A DNA stretch of 64,000 nt from Cyanobacteria bacterium K_Offshore_surface_m2_239 (GTDB lineage Bacteria; Cyanobacteriota; Cyanobacteriia; PCC-6307; Cyanobiaceae): contig VGQX01000001.1 in assembly GCA_016882305.1 (NCBI GenBank), positions 2,548-66,547 of the forward strand, read 5' to 3'. Made by a program: the position numbers and the translations under genes. The stretch's first letter is position 1, and each line of letters opens with the position of its first letter. Shown here piece after piece: positions 1 to 9,872 of the stretch. Below the pieces are notes generated by a model, which was not told the DNA's origin, did not search any database, and was given only the letters and a program-made list of their open reading frames with translations.

Positions 1-1527
1 TCAGCTGACGACAGCCGCATGTGCATTGGCCAAGGCGGCCTGTAGGATCGGCGTACCGGCGACAGCGGCGCTGGCCCAGTCAAAAAGCGGGCTGGAGAGA
101 ATGCCACCGATGGCGGTGACCACAACGCAGCTCACCAGGGCAGCGCGGAGCGGCTGCATGCCGGCGAGATTCCACTGAATTGGCGGATAGGCCTTCACCA
201 CGTCCGAGGCCTCTTGCGACTCTTTGACCACCATCATTTTGATCACTGAGATGTAGTAGTAGATCGACACCACAGAAGTGACCAGCCCAACGATGACAAG
301 CAGATATTGCTGATCTGCCCAGCCCGCAAAGAAGAGATAGATCTTGCCGAAAAAGCCCAACATCGGCGGGATGCCACCCAAGGAGAGCAGACAGAGGCTC
401 AATCCCAGGGTGATCAGGGGATCTTTCTGATAAAGCCCGGCGTAGTCAGCGATTCGGTCGCTGCCGGTACGCAGGGAGAAGAGGATGATGCAGGCAAAGG
501 CCCCCAGGTTCATGAACAGGTAGGCCGCCATGTAGAGCACCATCGCTGAGAAGCCATCTTCCGTGCCACACACCAATCCGATCATCACAAAGCCGGCCTG
601 GCCGATGGAGCTGTAGGCCAGCATCCGCTTCATGGAGGTCTGGGCCAGCGCCACCACATTGCCCAGGACCATGCTCAACAGAGCCAGCACCGTGAACAAA
701 AACTTCCACTGCACGTCAAAGCTGTCAAAGCAACCCACCAAGATGCGCAAAGCCAGAGCAAAGCCAGCCGCCTTGGAGCCCACAGACAAAAAGGCCACCA
801 CCGGTGTCGGCGACCCCTCATAGACGTCGGGAGTCCACTGGTGGAAAGGCACTGCGGCGATTTTGAACGCCACCGTGGAGAGCACAAACACCAGGGACAG
901 CGCCGCGATCGGCGCGCTGCTCGTGGTGAGGGCCACACCGATGGCTTCCAGTCCGCTGTTGCCACCGCTCAAGCCATAGAGCAGGGAGGCGCCGTAAAGG
1001 AAGACAGCCGCCGCTGCCGAACCGACCAACAGATATTTCAGGGCCGCTTCCGAACTGCGGGCATCCCGCTTCATGTAGCCGGACAGCAGGTAGCTGGCCA
1101 CCGAGAGCGTTTCCAGCGAGATGAAGATGCTCACCAGATCTGTGGCGCCGCAGAGGAACATGCCACCAAGCGTGGCCGCCAGGAGGATGGCGGCGTATTC
1201 CCCGAGGGGTGTGCCGCTTCGCTCTACGTAGCGCCAGCTCAGCAGCAAGGAAATCAGGGTGGAGGTGGCCACCACGGCCCGGAAGGCGATGGCCAGGTTG
1301 TCCGCCAGGAAAGCGCCCAGGAACGAGGGCTCGGCGGCGCCGTTCCATTGCAGAGCGAGAAGCACCAGCGAGGAGCCCAATCCGACGTAGCAGATGGGTG
1401 GGACCCAGCGACTGGCTGTGCGCTCACCCGCCAGATCGACGAGCAGGCAGCCCACCAGGGCAAGCAGCACAGCGGTTTCCGGGGCGATTGCCGCGGCGTT
1501 CAACTGCAAACCGATGTCGGCAACCAC
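1..1527 (-). CDS. ndhB: NAD(P)H-quinone oxidoreductase (NDH-1) subunit 2, NdhB
   Basis: 508-aa ORF with GTG start at 1527 and TGA at 1-3. Polytopic membrane protein with NuoN/NdhB core [36 protein letters not shown] and [12 protein letters not shown]. Confidence 0.95.
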   Translation of the reverse strand: MVADIGLQLNAAAIAPETAVLLALVGCLLVDLAGERTASRWVPPICYVGLGSSLVLLALQWNGAAEPSFLGAFLADNLAIAFRAVVATSTLISLLLSWRYVERSGTPLGEYAAILLAATLGGMFLCGATDLVSIFISLETLSVASYLLSGYMKRDARSSEAALKYLLVGSAAAAVFLYGASLLYGLSGGNSGLEAIGVALTTSSAPIAALSLVFVLSTVAFKIAAVPFHQWTPDVYEGSPTPVVAFLSVGSKAAGFALALRILVGCFDSFDVQWKFLFTVLALLSMVLGNVVALAQTSMKRMLAYSSIGQAGFVMIGLVCGTEDGFSAMVLYMAAYLFMNLGAFACIILFSLRTGSDRIADYAGLYQKDPLITLGLSLCLLSLGGIPPMLGFFGKIYLFFAGWADQQYLLVIVGLVTSVVSIYYYISVIKMMVVKESQEASDVVKAYPPIQWNLAGMQPLRAALVSCVVVTAIGGILSSPLFDWASAAVAGTPILQAALANAHAAVVS

Positions 1528-1667
1528 GGCGGAGCAGGAATGGACGGAGCGGACTGTAGCGGCGATGGCGGCTGGCGATGGCCTCCAAGGCCCACCGATT
1601 CCGATTTCTTTGACCGGGAGGGCGCCTCGATGCGATATGTAAGGTCATTCGGTCTCACACAAGCCCT

Positions 1668-4445
1668 GTGGCGCACACTCTGGTGATCGTCGAGAGCCCC
1701 ACAAAGGCCCGCACCATCAGGAGCTTTCTCCCCGGCGACTACCGGGTGGAGGCGTCCATGGGGCATGTGCGCGACCTGCCCAACAACGCCAGTGAGATCC
1801 CCGCCTCGCACAAAGGGGAGAAGTGGGCGAACCTCGGCGTCGACACCGCCCGCGACTTCGAACCCCTCTATGTGGTGCCGAAGGACAAGAAAAAAGTGGT
1901 GAAGGAGCTCAAGGACGCCCTCAAGGGCGCCGATCAGCTCCTCCTGGCCACGGACGAGGATCGGGAGGGAGAAAGCATCAGTTGGCACCTGCAGCAACTC
2001 CTGGAGCCGAAAGTGCCGGTGCGGCGCATGGTGTTTCACGAGATCACCAAGCCGGCCATTCAGAAGGCTCTCGCCTCCCCCCGGGCGATCGACATGGAGC
2101 TGGTGCACGCTCAGGAAACGCGGCGCATCCTCGATCGCCTCGTGGGCTACACCCTCTCGCCTCTCCTCTGGAAAAAGGTGGCTTGGGGCCTCTCCGCCGG
2201 TCGCGTTCAATCGGTGGCGGTGCGCCTGCTCGTGCAACGGGAGCAGGCCCGCCGCGCCTTTCGCAGCGGCAGCTACTGGGACCTGAAAGCCAGCCTGGAG
2301 CAGGACAAGGCGGGCTTCGAGGCCAAGCTCACCCACCTCGCTGGGGAACGCATCGCCGGCGGCTCGGATTTCGATGAGTCCACCGGGTCCCTCAAAGCCG
2401 GCAGCAAGGTGAAGCTCCTCAGCGAGGCGGAGGCGCGGGAGCTCCAAGCCCGCGTCGAGCGTGCCCCGTGGCGGGTGAGCGCAGTGGAGGAGAAACCCAC
2501 CGTGCGCAAGCCTGTGCCCCCCTTCACCACCAGCACCCTGCAGCAGGAGGCCAATCGCAAGCTGCGCCTCTCCGCCCGCGACACCATGCGCACCGCCCAG
2601 GCGCTCTACGAGCGAGGGTTCATCACCTACATGCGCACGGATTCCGTGCACCTCTCCGATCAGGCGATCCAGGCCGCGCGAAGCTGCGTGGCCGCCCGCT
2701 ATGGCCAGGACTACCTCTCCCCCGCTCCCCGTCAGTTTCAAACCAAGGCGCGCAACGCTCAGGAGGCCCACGAGGCGATCCGCCCGGCGGGCGAATCCTT
2801 CCGGGCGCCGAACGACACCGGTCTTGATGGCCGGGAGCTGGCGCTCTACGAGCTGATCTGGAAACGCACTGTCGCCTCCCAGATGGCTGAGGCCCGCCTC
2901 ACCCTCCTCACGGTGGATCTGGAGGCTGCGGAGGCCACGTTCCGCGCCAATGGCAAGCGCATTGATTTTCCTGGCTTTTTCCGCGCCTATGTCGAAGGAA
3001 GCGACGACCCCGATGCGGCCCTCGAAGGGCAAGAGGTGTTGTTGCCATCCCTGAAGCAGGGGGATTCCCCCCGCTGCCGCGGAGTGGAGGCCTTGGGCCA
3101 CCAAACCCAGCCCCCGGCACGGTATAGCGAGGCCGCTCTTGTGAAAATGTTGGAGCGGGAAGGCATCGGCCGACCGTCCACCTACGCCAGCATCATCGGC
3201 ACCATCCAGGATCGCGGCTACGCCACCCTCCAGAACAACGCCCTGATCCCCAGCTTCACCGCCTTCGCGGTTACCGCCCTGCTGGAGCAGCACTTCCCCG
3301 ATCTCGTGGACCCAGGCTTCACGGCGCGCATGGAAACCAGCCTGGACGACATCTCCGCCGGCAAGACCCCCTGGCTGCCCTACCTGGAGAAGTTTTACAA
3401 GGGGGAGGAGGGGCTGGAGGCTCAGGTGCAGAAGCGGGAGGGGGAGATCGATCCCACGCTCTCCCGCACCATCTCCCTGGAGGGCCTGCCCTGCGTGGTG
3501 CGCATCGGCCGATTCGGCGCCTATCTCGAAAGCAAGCGCGAAGCGGAGGACGGCACCGAAGAGCTCTGCAAGGCCACCCTCCCCCAGGAAATCACCCCCG
3601 CCGATCTGGACGCGGAGAAAGCGGAGCTGTTGCTGCGCCAGAAGAGCGAAGGCCCCGAGTCCCTGGGAGAGGATCCGGAAACCGGTGAGCAGGTCTATCT
3701 CCTCTTCGGTCAATACGGTCCCTATCTCCAGCTCGGCCAGGTGAGCGAGGAGACCCCCAAGCCCAAGCGGGCCTCCTTGCCGAAGGGGGCCAAGCCGGAA
3801 GATCTCACCCTGGAGGATGCTCTCGGGCTCTTGCGCCTCCCCCGTCATCTTGGCGAACACCCCGAGGGCGGCAAGGTGCAGGCCGGGTTGGGGCGCTTTG
3901 GTCCTTATGTCGTGCATGACAAGGGCAAAGGGGAGAAGGACTACCGCTCCCTCAAAGCCGAGGACGACGTGCTGGCGATCGGTCTGAGCCGGGCTCTGGA
4001 GCTGCTCGCCCAGCCGAAGCGCGGGCGAGGTGGACGGACCGCTCTGCGCGATCTCGGCACGCCGGCGGGCGCCAGCGAGGCCATTCAGCTCTTTGATGGT
4101 CCCTACGGGCTCTACGTGAAACAAGGAAAAGTCAATGCTTCCCTTCCCGAGGGCACCACGGCTGAGAGCCTCACCTTGGACCAGGCGGTGGAGCTCCTGG
4201 CCGCCAAGGCGAGCAGCGGCAAGAGCGCTGGGCGGCGCCGCGCGGCCGCTGGCGCTTCGGTTGAGGGCAAAGCTGCGGGCGCTGGAAAAGCCGCCAAGGC
4301 AAAGGCTGCGGCCACGACGGCCGCCGGAGCCAAAGCCAGCCGCTCCAGCGCCACGGGCACCGCCCGCAAGACACCGGCGACCACCAAGAGCGGCCGGTTG
4401 CGGGCCAGTCCCGTGCGCGTGATCCGTCCGGCTGGAAACGGATGA
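1668..4445 (+). CDS. topA: DNA topoisomerase I
   Basis: 925-aa ORF, GTG start. Toprim N-terminus [12 protein letters not shown], acidic DEDREGE motif, active-site Tyr context ITYMRTDS. Lys/Ala-rich basic C-terminal tail. Confidence 0.95.
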   Translation: MAHTLVIVESPTKARTIRSFLPGDYRVEASMGHVRDLPNNASEIPASHKGEKWANLGVDTARDFEPLYVVPKDKKKVVKELKDALKGADQLLLATDEDREGESISWHLQQLLEPKVPVRRMVFHEITKPAIQKALASPRAIDMELVHAQETRRILDRLVGYTLSPLLWKKVAWGLSAGRVQSVAVRLLVQREQARRAFRSGSYWDLKASLEQDKAGFEAKLTHLAGERIAGGSDFDESTGSLKAGSKVKLLSEAEARELQARVERAPWRVSAVEEKPTVRKPVPPFTTSTLQQEANRKLRLSARDTMRTAQALYERGFITYMRTDSVHLSDQAIQAARSCVAARYGQDYLSPAPRQFQTKARNAQEAHEAIRPAGESFRAPNDTGLDGRELALYELIWKRTVASQMAEARLTLLTVDLEAAEATFRANGKRIDFPGFFRAYVEGSDDPDAALEGQEVLLPSLKQGDSPRCRGVEALGHQTQPPARYSEAALVKMLEREGIGRPSTYASIIGTIQDRGYATLQNNALIPSFTAFAVTALLEQHFPDLVDPGFTARMETSLDDISAGKTPWLPYLEKFYKGEEGLEAQVQKREGEIDPTLSRTISLEGLPCVVRIGRFGAYLESKREAEDGTEELCKATLPQEITPADLDAEKAELLLRQKSEGPESLGEDPETGEQVYLLFGQYGPYLQLGQVSEETPKPKRASLPKGAKPEDLTLEDALGLLRLPRHLGEHPEGGKVQAGLGRFGPYVVHDKGKGEKDYRSLKAEDDVLAIGLSRALELLAQPKRGRGGRTALRDLGTPAGASEAIQLFDGPYGLYVKQGKVNASLPEGTTAESLTLDQAVELLAAKASSGKSAGRRRAAAGASVEGKAAGAGKAAKAKAAATTAAGAKASRSSATGTARKTPATTKSGRLRASPVRVIRPAGNG

Positions 4446-5044
4446 GCGCGGGTTTTCGATCCATCCGGCCCCGGGTGGCCCTGGGCTGGGTGCCGCTGGC
4501 GTTGATGCTCTCCGCCTGCGCGGGGTCCCCCTGGGGGGAACGGCTGGCGGAGAGCTTCCCCCCCGCGACGGAGACCACCCCCCAGCCCAACACCTCCACG
4601 CCCGCCGCCGCCCCCTCGATCACGGCCACCAACGCCACGTCGGCCGGGAGTACCTCGTCCCGTTCAACCCCCAACTCCTCTCTACCCCCCGGCCAGCCCT
4701 TCCCGCCCGCCGCGCCTCCCGTCGCCAGGGCGAAGCCCGCCGCCTCGAAGCCCGGCCCGGCCACGCCATCCTCCAAGACAGCCAACCCCACGGCATCCAC
4801 CAATCCTCAGCCAACCGCCCCCGCCCCGGGAGCCGGCCCGCTCGTCGGCGGGCGCTCCTCCGCTCCATCCCCCTTGCCTTATCGGGTCACCCTGCGCCTG
4901 CCCCGCGCCGATCCCTCTGCACCTGCGGAAGCCGTCACCCAAGCCCTGCGCGCCGCGGGCATCGCCTTTGAAGTGGAAACCATCGAGCGCGTGCCTTCTG
5001 GAGCGGCGGCGCCGACCGTTCGACCCGCTCCTCCGCCCCGTTGA
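4442..5044 (+). CDS. hypothetical Pro-rich lipoprotein
   Basis: 200 aa. Signal peptide with lipobox (LALMLSAC), a long Pro/Thr/Ala linker, and a short C-terminal domain ([36 protein letters not shown]). ATGA overlap with the topA stop. Confidence 0.5.
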   Translation: MSAGFRSIRPRVALGWVPLALMLSACAGSPWGERLAESFPPATETTPQPNTSTPAAAPSITATNATSAGSTSSRSTPNSSLPPGQPFPPAAPPVARAKPAASKPGPATPSSKTANPTASTNPQPTAPAPGAGPLVGGRSSAPSPLPYRVTLRLPRADPSAPAEAVTQALRAAGIAFEVETIERVPSGAAAPTVRPAPPPR

Positions 5045-5724
5045 CCATGCCTCCCCCGTCTCTTACACCCGCCCCCGGGGAACCGCGCGAGCTCAGTCCG
5101 CGGCAAGCCCGGCAACTGATGGACACGGCCTATCTCTCGGCGTCCACCGCCCTCCTGTGGGCCGCTCTTTACTACTTGCCCGTGGGCGGTCCGCTCTTCC
5201 GGCTGGCGCTCCCCCTGCCCCTCACCCTGCTCCAACTGCGCCACGGCTGGCGATGCGCCCTGGAAGGCGTGGCGGTCACCAGCCTCCTGCTTGTGGCGTT
5301 GATGGGGCCGATACGGGGACCGCTCGTGCTCTTTCCCTACGGCTTCCTGGCCCTCTGGCTGGGCTGGGGCTGGCGGCGGCGCCTCAGCTGGTGGCTCACC
5401 CTGCCGGTGGGCGCCCTCATCGGCGGGCTTGGCTTCCTGGTGCGCCTGGCCGTGCTCTCCGTTCTGGTGGGGGAGAACCTCTGGGTGGTGATCACCACCG
5501 CGGCCTCCCAGCTTCTGGACCGCTTCGCCGATGGCCTCGGCCTTGGACCGGGTCTGGATCTGGCCCAGGTGCAGACGGTGGCCCTGGGGTTGGTCCTGGT
5601 GCAGAACCTCCTCGTGGTGCTCTGCCTCCATGCCGTGGCCTACTGGATCTTTCCGCGGCTGCGCTCCCCGATCAGCGAGCCGCCCCCCCTGTTGCAGGCC
5701 TTGGTGAGCCTGGATCCCCTTTGA
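5041..5724 (+). CDS. DUF2232-family integral membrane protein
   Basis: 227-aa ORF. Start is TTG 5041 or ATG 5047. Multi-TM protein matching the cyanobacterial DUF2232 pattern (YLSASTALLWAALYYLP...LALPLPLTLLQLRHGWR...GPLVLFPYGFLALWLGWGWRR...LSVLVGENLWVV). Confidence 0.7.
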   Translation: MTMPPPSLTPAPGEPRELSPRQARQLMDTAYLSASTALLWAALYYLPVGGPLFRLALPLPLTLLQLRHGWRCALEGVAVTSLLLVALMGPIRGPLVLFPYGFLALWLGWGWRRRLSWWLTLPVGALIGGLGFLVRLAVLSVLVGENLWVVITTAASQLLDRFADGLGLGPGLDLAQVQTVALGLVLVQNLLVVLCLHAVAYWIFPRLRSPISEPPPLLQALVSLDPL

Positions 5725-6911
5725 CCCTCGCGGGGTTGCTGCTGGGCCCCCCCGCTCGGGCCGCCGCCTGGCAGGCCCGTTGGCTCCAGCACTGGCCCAC
5801 CACCCGGGTGGCACTGTTGCTTGCGGCCACCGAAACCGCAGCGGTGCCAGGGATCTCGGCGGCGGGCTGCACGCCGGCATCGCGACGGGCCACGGCCGCG
5901 GCCGACGCCGAACTGCTCCTCCTCGGCCCCGAGGGGAAGCGGCCCCATGCCCTCCCTCCGCTGCCGGCGGGGGTGACCCCAGCCTTGATCAGCCATGTCG
6001 TCGCGCGCTCCCTGGGCCTCGCCCCCCTCGTGGTGGACCTGGGGTGCGCCCTGGCGCCCGCCATCCCCCATCTGCGCCTTCCCCCCCCGGCGGGGGGCGG
6101 AAGCGCCCGTTGCGTGAGTTCCGGCGCAGCGATGGCCCCCGCCCGCGCGGTGGCCCTGCTGGAGCAGGGACGGCGCTGGGGGCGTCGGCTGGCGGCCCGG
6201 CACCCCTCGGCCCCCGTGCTCCTGGCGGAATGCGTGCCGGGCGGCACCACCACCGCTCTCGGCGTGCTGTGCGGCCTCGGGGTGGAGGCCACCGGTCTGG
6301 TGAGCGGCAGCCTGCGCCAGCCCGCCCATGACCTCAAACAGGCGCTGGTGGAGCAGGGCCTTCGCGCGGCCCGGGAGCGCCTGGGGGCGCCGGGAGCCCG
6401 CAATCCCCTGCTGGTCGCGGCGGCCCTGGGGGATCCCATGCAGCCCCTGGCGGCCGGCCTGCTTCTGGAGGCCACCCTGGGTGGGGTGCCGGTGATGCTG
6501 GCCGGGGGCAGTCAGATGGCGGCCGTGTTGGCCCTGGCCCTCGCCCTGGCCACCCCGGCGCAGCGCCAGCGCATGATCCAGGCCACCGCCCTCGCCACCA
6601 CCCGCTGGGTGGCGAACGAGCCCGGCAGCGATCTCGCCTGCCTGCTGGAGCGCATCGGTGCAGGCTGGGGGGTGGAGCCCCTGGCCTTTCATGCCGCGCT
6701 CGCCTTCCGCGGCGCCTGTCACCCCGCCCTCGCCCGGTACGAGGAGGGCTATGTCAAGGAGGGGGTGGGGGCGGGAGGGCTGGCCCTGTTGTGGGAGTGG
6801 AGCGGGGGCGATCCCGAGGCCCTGGCTCAGCGCTGCAGTCTGGCCTGCGATCGGCTGCACGCCTCTGCCGAGCCGGGGACCGGGGAGCGTCTAGCGTCGA
6901 ACGATGGCTGA
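5721..6911 (+). CDS. CobT-like phosphoribosyltransferase family protein (TIGR00303/UPF0284 type)
   Basis: C-terminal ~396 codons of the 4968..6911 ORF. TTG at 5721 overlaps the upstream TGA (TTGA). Motifs AECVPGGTTTALGVLCGLG, AALGDPMQP and AGGSQMAAV are typical of the CobT-like family. Start codon uncertain. Confidence 0.7.
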   Translation: MTLAGLLLGPPARAAAWQARWLQHWPTTRVALLLAATETAAVPGISAAGCTPASRRATAAADAELLLLGPEGKRPHALPPLPAGVTPALISHVVARSLGLAPLVVDLGCALAPAIPHLRLPPPAGGGSARCVSSGAAMAPARAVALLEQGRRWGRRLAARHPSAPVLLAECVPGGTTTALGVLCGLGVEATGLVSGSLRQPAHDLKQALVEQGLRAARERLGAPGARNPLLVAAALGDPMQPLAAGLLLEATLGGVPVMLAGGSQMAAVLALALALATPAQRQRMIQATALATTRWVANEPGSDLACLLERIGAGWGVEPLAFHAALAFRGACHPALARYEEGYVKEGVGAGGLALLWEWSGGDPEALAQRCSLACDRLHASAEPGTGERLASNDG

Positions 6912-7917
6912 GGGGCAACTGTCGCGGCGAACGCTGCTGGAGATCGGCGTGGCTGGCTCCCTGGCCCTGCTGACGGGATGCTCGCGACCGGGCCCGCGCC
7001 TGGTGGCCCGCCGCGGAGACCTGCCTGAGCGCTGGTTGCGCCGGTTGCCGAGCGACTGGCAGGTGCGCTGGCTGGAGGGGGCCACCAAGGTGCGAGAGGC
7101 GGTCGGCGATTCGGCCGAGCGCCGACCCGCCCTGGTCCAGCTCAGCGATGGATGGGCCACCGACCTGCCGCTGAACGCCTGGGCCTCTTTGGACCAGCCC
7201 GCCCTCCTGCGCCGCCTGACGGCCGGCGCCAGGCCGGTGAGTCGCCTGTACGGCGGGCCGGAGCAGCCTCCCGTCGCCTTCCCCTGGAGCTTCAACCCCT
7301 GGGTGCTGGTGCTGCGCGACAGGCCGGATCTGGCGGTGCGAGCCTCCCGGGGCTGGGAGCTGCTGTTGGACGAGAGCCTGGCGGGCCGGGTGGTGCTTCC
7401 CTCCAGCCCCCGGGTGGTGATGGCGCTGGTGGGCAACGACCCGGAACGGTTGTGTCGCCTGCGCCGCCAGGCTCTGGCCCACGACGACCGTCAGGGCCTC
7501 CAACTGCTGCTGAGCGGCCCGGCCCGGGCTGCGGTCCTGCCGCGCCAGCAGGTGGTGCCCCTTCTCCGTCGCGATCCCCGCCTCACGGTGTTGCTGCCGG
7601 ACGAAGGGGCGCCTGCCTCCTGGTCGCTGATCCTGCGACCTGCCGGCAGCGCCGTCGCCCCTCCCGCGGCTTGGCTGGAGGCTGTGCTTCAGCCGCCTCT
7701 GCTGCCGCGAGTGCTGGCGGCCGGCTGGGTTCCTCCTCTGCCTCGCGCGGCCCTGACCACGGCCTTGGCGGGCTTCCCCCCCGCCGTGGCGCGCCTGCTC
7801 CTCCCCGAGGAGGCCGTGTTGGACCGGTGCCGCGACCTGCCGCCTTTGGACGCGGATCAGCGTCGTCGCCTGCAGGAGCTATGGGACGGCACCACCCCCT
7901 GCCAGCAACGGCCCTAA
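6904..7917 (+). CDS. Tat-signal lipoprotein, periplasmic solute-binding-protein-like
   Basis: 337 aa. Twin-arginine motif plus lipobox (SRRTLLEIGVAGSLALLTGC). The rest loosely resembles PotD-type binding proteins (FPWSFNPWVLVLRD, VLLPDEGAPASWSLILRP). ATGGCTGA overlap with the upstream gene. Confidence 0.5.
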   Translation: MAEGQLSRRTLLEIGVAGSLALLTGCSRPGPRLVARRGDLPERWLRRLPSDWQVRWLEGATKVREAVGDSAERRPALVQLSDGWATDLPLNAWASLDQPALLRRLTAGARPVSRLYGGPEQPPVAFPWSFNPWVLVLRDRPDLAVRASRGWELLLDESLAGRVVLPSSPRVVMALVGNDPERLCRLRRQALAHDDRQGLQLLLSGPARAAVLPRQQVVPLLRRDPRLTVLLPDEGAPASWSLILRPAGSAVAPPAAWLEAVLQPPLLPRVLAAGWVPPLPRAALTTALAGFPPAVARLLLPEEAVLDRCRDLPPLDADQRRRLQELWDGTTPCQQRP

Positions 7918-9041
7918 CCCCAGAGCCGCCGCCGCGGCGGAGCCGCCAGGCGGCGGTGGCCGTCCGCCAGGAGGTCGGGAATCGGCAGGTGATGCGGACA
8001 GCGAGGCAAGCAGTCGCCGCAGCGCTCGCAGGCCCGGCCATCCACCCGCTCCCACCAATGACCAGCTTGGCCGATCAGGCTGTAGCGCTCGCGGGCAAAG
8101 GCCTCCAGGCCGTGGCCAAGGGCGAGTTGCCGCAACCGCAGCAGGCTGGGAATCGGCACCTCCCGCGGGCAGGGGAGACAGGCTTGACACTGTCCGCACC
8201 AGTCCGCCCCCAGCCGCTCCTTGCCACGGGCCTGCAGACGTTCCAGGACAAGCTCCTCCTCGGGGCTCAGCGGTTCCCCCCGGCTGGCCAGCGCGTCCAC
8301 CAGCGCCAAATCGGCGGGTCGGGCGGCCCCGACCGTGAGGGTGCTGATGCCCCGCGCCAGCAGGAAGCGATAGGCCAGCGCGAGGGGCTCCCATGGGGCG
8401 CAGTCCTCGCGCAGCCGGGGGGGGGGATCCTGCAGGCGTCCCCCTTTGTCGGCGGGAGAGATGGCCATCACCCCCATTCCGGCTTCCAGGGCTTGGGCGG
8501 CGAGGGGGAGCCGAGCGGGGTCGAAGAGGTGGAGGTGAAGGCTGCAGAACTGAAACCGGCCGCTCTCCAGGGCTCGGAGGATCAAACGGTTGGAGCCATG
8601 GCTGCTGAAGCCGATCTGCCCCACCACCCCCTCGCCCAGGGCGCGCTCCCGCAGCTCCGCCCCGGGACCATGCAGGGCCCAGTGCAGATGCTCGGCGGTG
8701 TTCAGCCCGTGGATGGCCAGGTTGTCCAGCCGCCGCAGGCCCAGGCGCCGCAAACTGCCGTGGAGCCGCGTCCAGGCCTCCGCCGCGCTGGAGCCGGGAA
8801 GAATCTTGCTGGTGATCACCAGGCCAGCCCGGGTGGCGGGCAGGTCGCGTTGAAGGGCATCCAGCGCGGAGCCGAGGTAGCGCTCCGCCGGTCCATAGGA
8901 CGGAGCGGTTTCGAGATGGTTGATGCCCGCCGCCACGGCGCGGCGCACCACAGCCTCCATGGCCTCAGGGCTCTCCAGCGCCCGCATGGTTCCGAGAGTG
9001 AACAACGAAACAGGCGGGCCAGCGCCGAACGGACGGCGCAT
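7914..9041 (-). CDS. aldo/keto reductase with C-terminal 4Fe-4S cluster motifs
   Basis: AKR core (AAGINHLETAPSYGPAERYLG, IGFSSHG) followed by two Cys clusters (CGQCQACLPCP and CERCGDCLPRCP). Start placed at the internal ATG (MRRPFGAG) to avoid overlapping the upstream gene. The longest ORF reaches 9131. Confidence 0.8.
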   Translation of the reverse strand: MRRPFGAGPPVSLFTLGTMRALESPEAMEAVVRRAVAAGINHLETAPSYGPAERYLGSALDALQRDLPATRAGLVITSKILPGSSAAEAWTRLHGSLRRLGLRRLDNLAIHGLNTAEHLHWALHGPGAELRERALGEGVVGQIGFSSHGSNRLILRALESGRFQFCSLHLHLFDPARLPLAAQALEAGMGVMAISPADKGGRLQDPPPRLREDCAPWEPLALAYRFLLARGISTLTVGAARPADLALVDALASRGEPLSPEEELVLERLQARGKERLGADWCGQCQACLPCPREVPIPSLLRLRQLALGHGLEAFARERYSLIGQAGHWWERVDGRACERCGDCLPRCPHHLPIPDLLADGHRRLAAPPRRRLWG

Positions 9042-9069
9042 GGGGGACGGCGCGGGAGATTCCCCGGGT

Positions 9070-9672
9070 TCAGGCTGTGGGTTCGCCATCCTCTGGCGCG
9101 CCGGGCGCATCCTCCGGGGATTCGGCCTCACCCCCCTCGGCTGCGGGAGCCTCAGGGGAGGGCGAGGCCGCTTCCGGCGCGGCTTTGTGCAGATGGCGGA
9201 TCAACTCCGCCGGGCTGGTGCGGTCCAGAAAGCGGCGGAAATCCTCCTGATCCTCGGCGTCCGCCTCCGCATCCACCGGTATGGACGCATCGGCCACCAC
9301 TTCTTCAAGCATCCAGATGCCACTGCCGGTGCGCAGGGCCAGGGCGATGGCATCACTGGGCCTGGCGTCGAGATCCGTGCTCTCGCCATCAGCGTTGACC
9401 AGCTTCAGCACCGCTCGAAAGGTGTTGTCCTCAATGGCATGAACAATGACCCGTTCCAACCGCAAGTCCGCGATCTGGAGGATCTGGGCCATCAGGTCAT
9501 GGCTGAGGGGCCGGGGAGGCCGCTCCCGATTGATGCCCGCCAGGATGTTTTGCGCCTGGGCCTGGTCGATCCAGATCGGCACCTGCCGGCGACCGGACGG
9601 ATCGCGCAGGAGCACGATCGGACTGCGGCTGGCGGCATCCAGGGCAATCCCGGCGACTTGCATTTCCACCAT
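9070..9672 (-). CDS. bifunctional nuclease family protein (DUF151/BFN domain)
   Basis: 200 aa. MVEMQVAGIALDAASRSPIVLLRDPSGRRQVPIWIDQAQAQNI...RPLSHDLM matches the BFN domain. Acidic, Pro-rich C-terminal tail. Confidence 0.8.
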   Translation of the reverse strand: MVEMQVAGIALDAASRSPIVLLRDPSGRRQVPIWIDQAQAQNILAGINRERPPRPLSHDLMAQILQIADLRLERVIVHAIEDNTFRAVLKLVNADGESTDLDARPSDAIALALRTGSGIWMLEEVVADASIPVDAEADAEDQEDFRRFLDRTSPAELIRHLHKAAPEAASPSPEAPAAEGGEAESPEDAPGAPEDGEPTA

Positions 9673-9872
9673 CGTCTGTGTGCTCTTGGGGGTTGTGGGC
9701 TCCGTGGGATGTGGGCCGCCTGGCCGCAGGACGGCCCTTGCGCGGGGGTCGGGGGAGGTCCGGTGGGGAGAGGGGGTGAAGTTGGAGGGGCTGTGCGCGT
9801 GGGGGCGGCTCTGGAAAGCGCCGAGCTGTTGTTTGATTATGGCCAGCCACTCGCCGCGCTCCGCCCCGAGGA

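Noticed and set aside
1500-4124. 874-aa ORF antisense to topA. Similar long antisense or out-of-frame ORFs include 28686..30188, 32278..33780, 35395..36975, 40147..41313, 61425..63287 and 7152..9398.
   Set aside because: Their translations are Arg/Gly/Pro/Ala/His-rich low-complexity strings with no domain signatures. They lie opposite or out of frame to genes with unambiguous family motifs. Stop-codon depletion in high-GC DNA explains them.
4968-6911. 647-aa ORF spanning the DUF2232 gene region and the CobT-like gene.
   Set aside because: Only the C-terminal ~396 codons (from TTG 5721) have CobT-like content. The upstream part overlaps the convincing DUF2232 frame and reads as low-complexity, so it is treated as an over-extended ORF.
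9673-9872. Possible FMN (RFN) riboswitch upstream of ribE.
   Set aside because: I could not find the conserved RFN core strings (the GGGGTCGGTGAAATTCC-type segment and the downstream GACGGT...CCGGATG-type segments). The G-rich sequence is better described as G-tract repeats.
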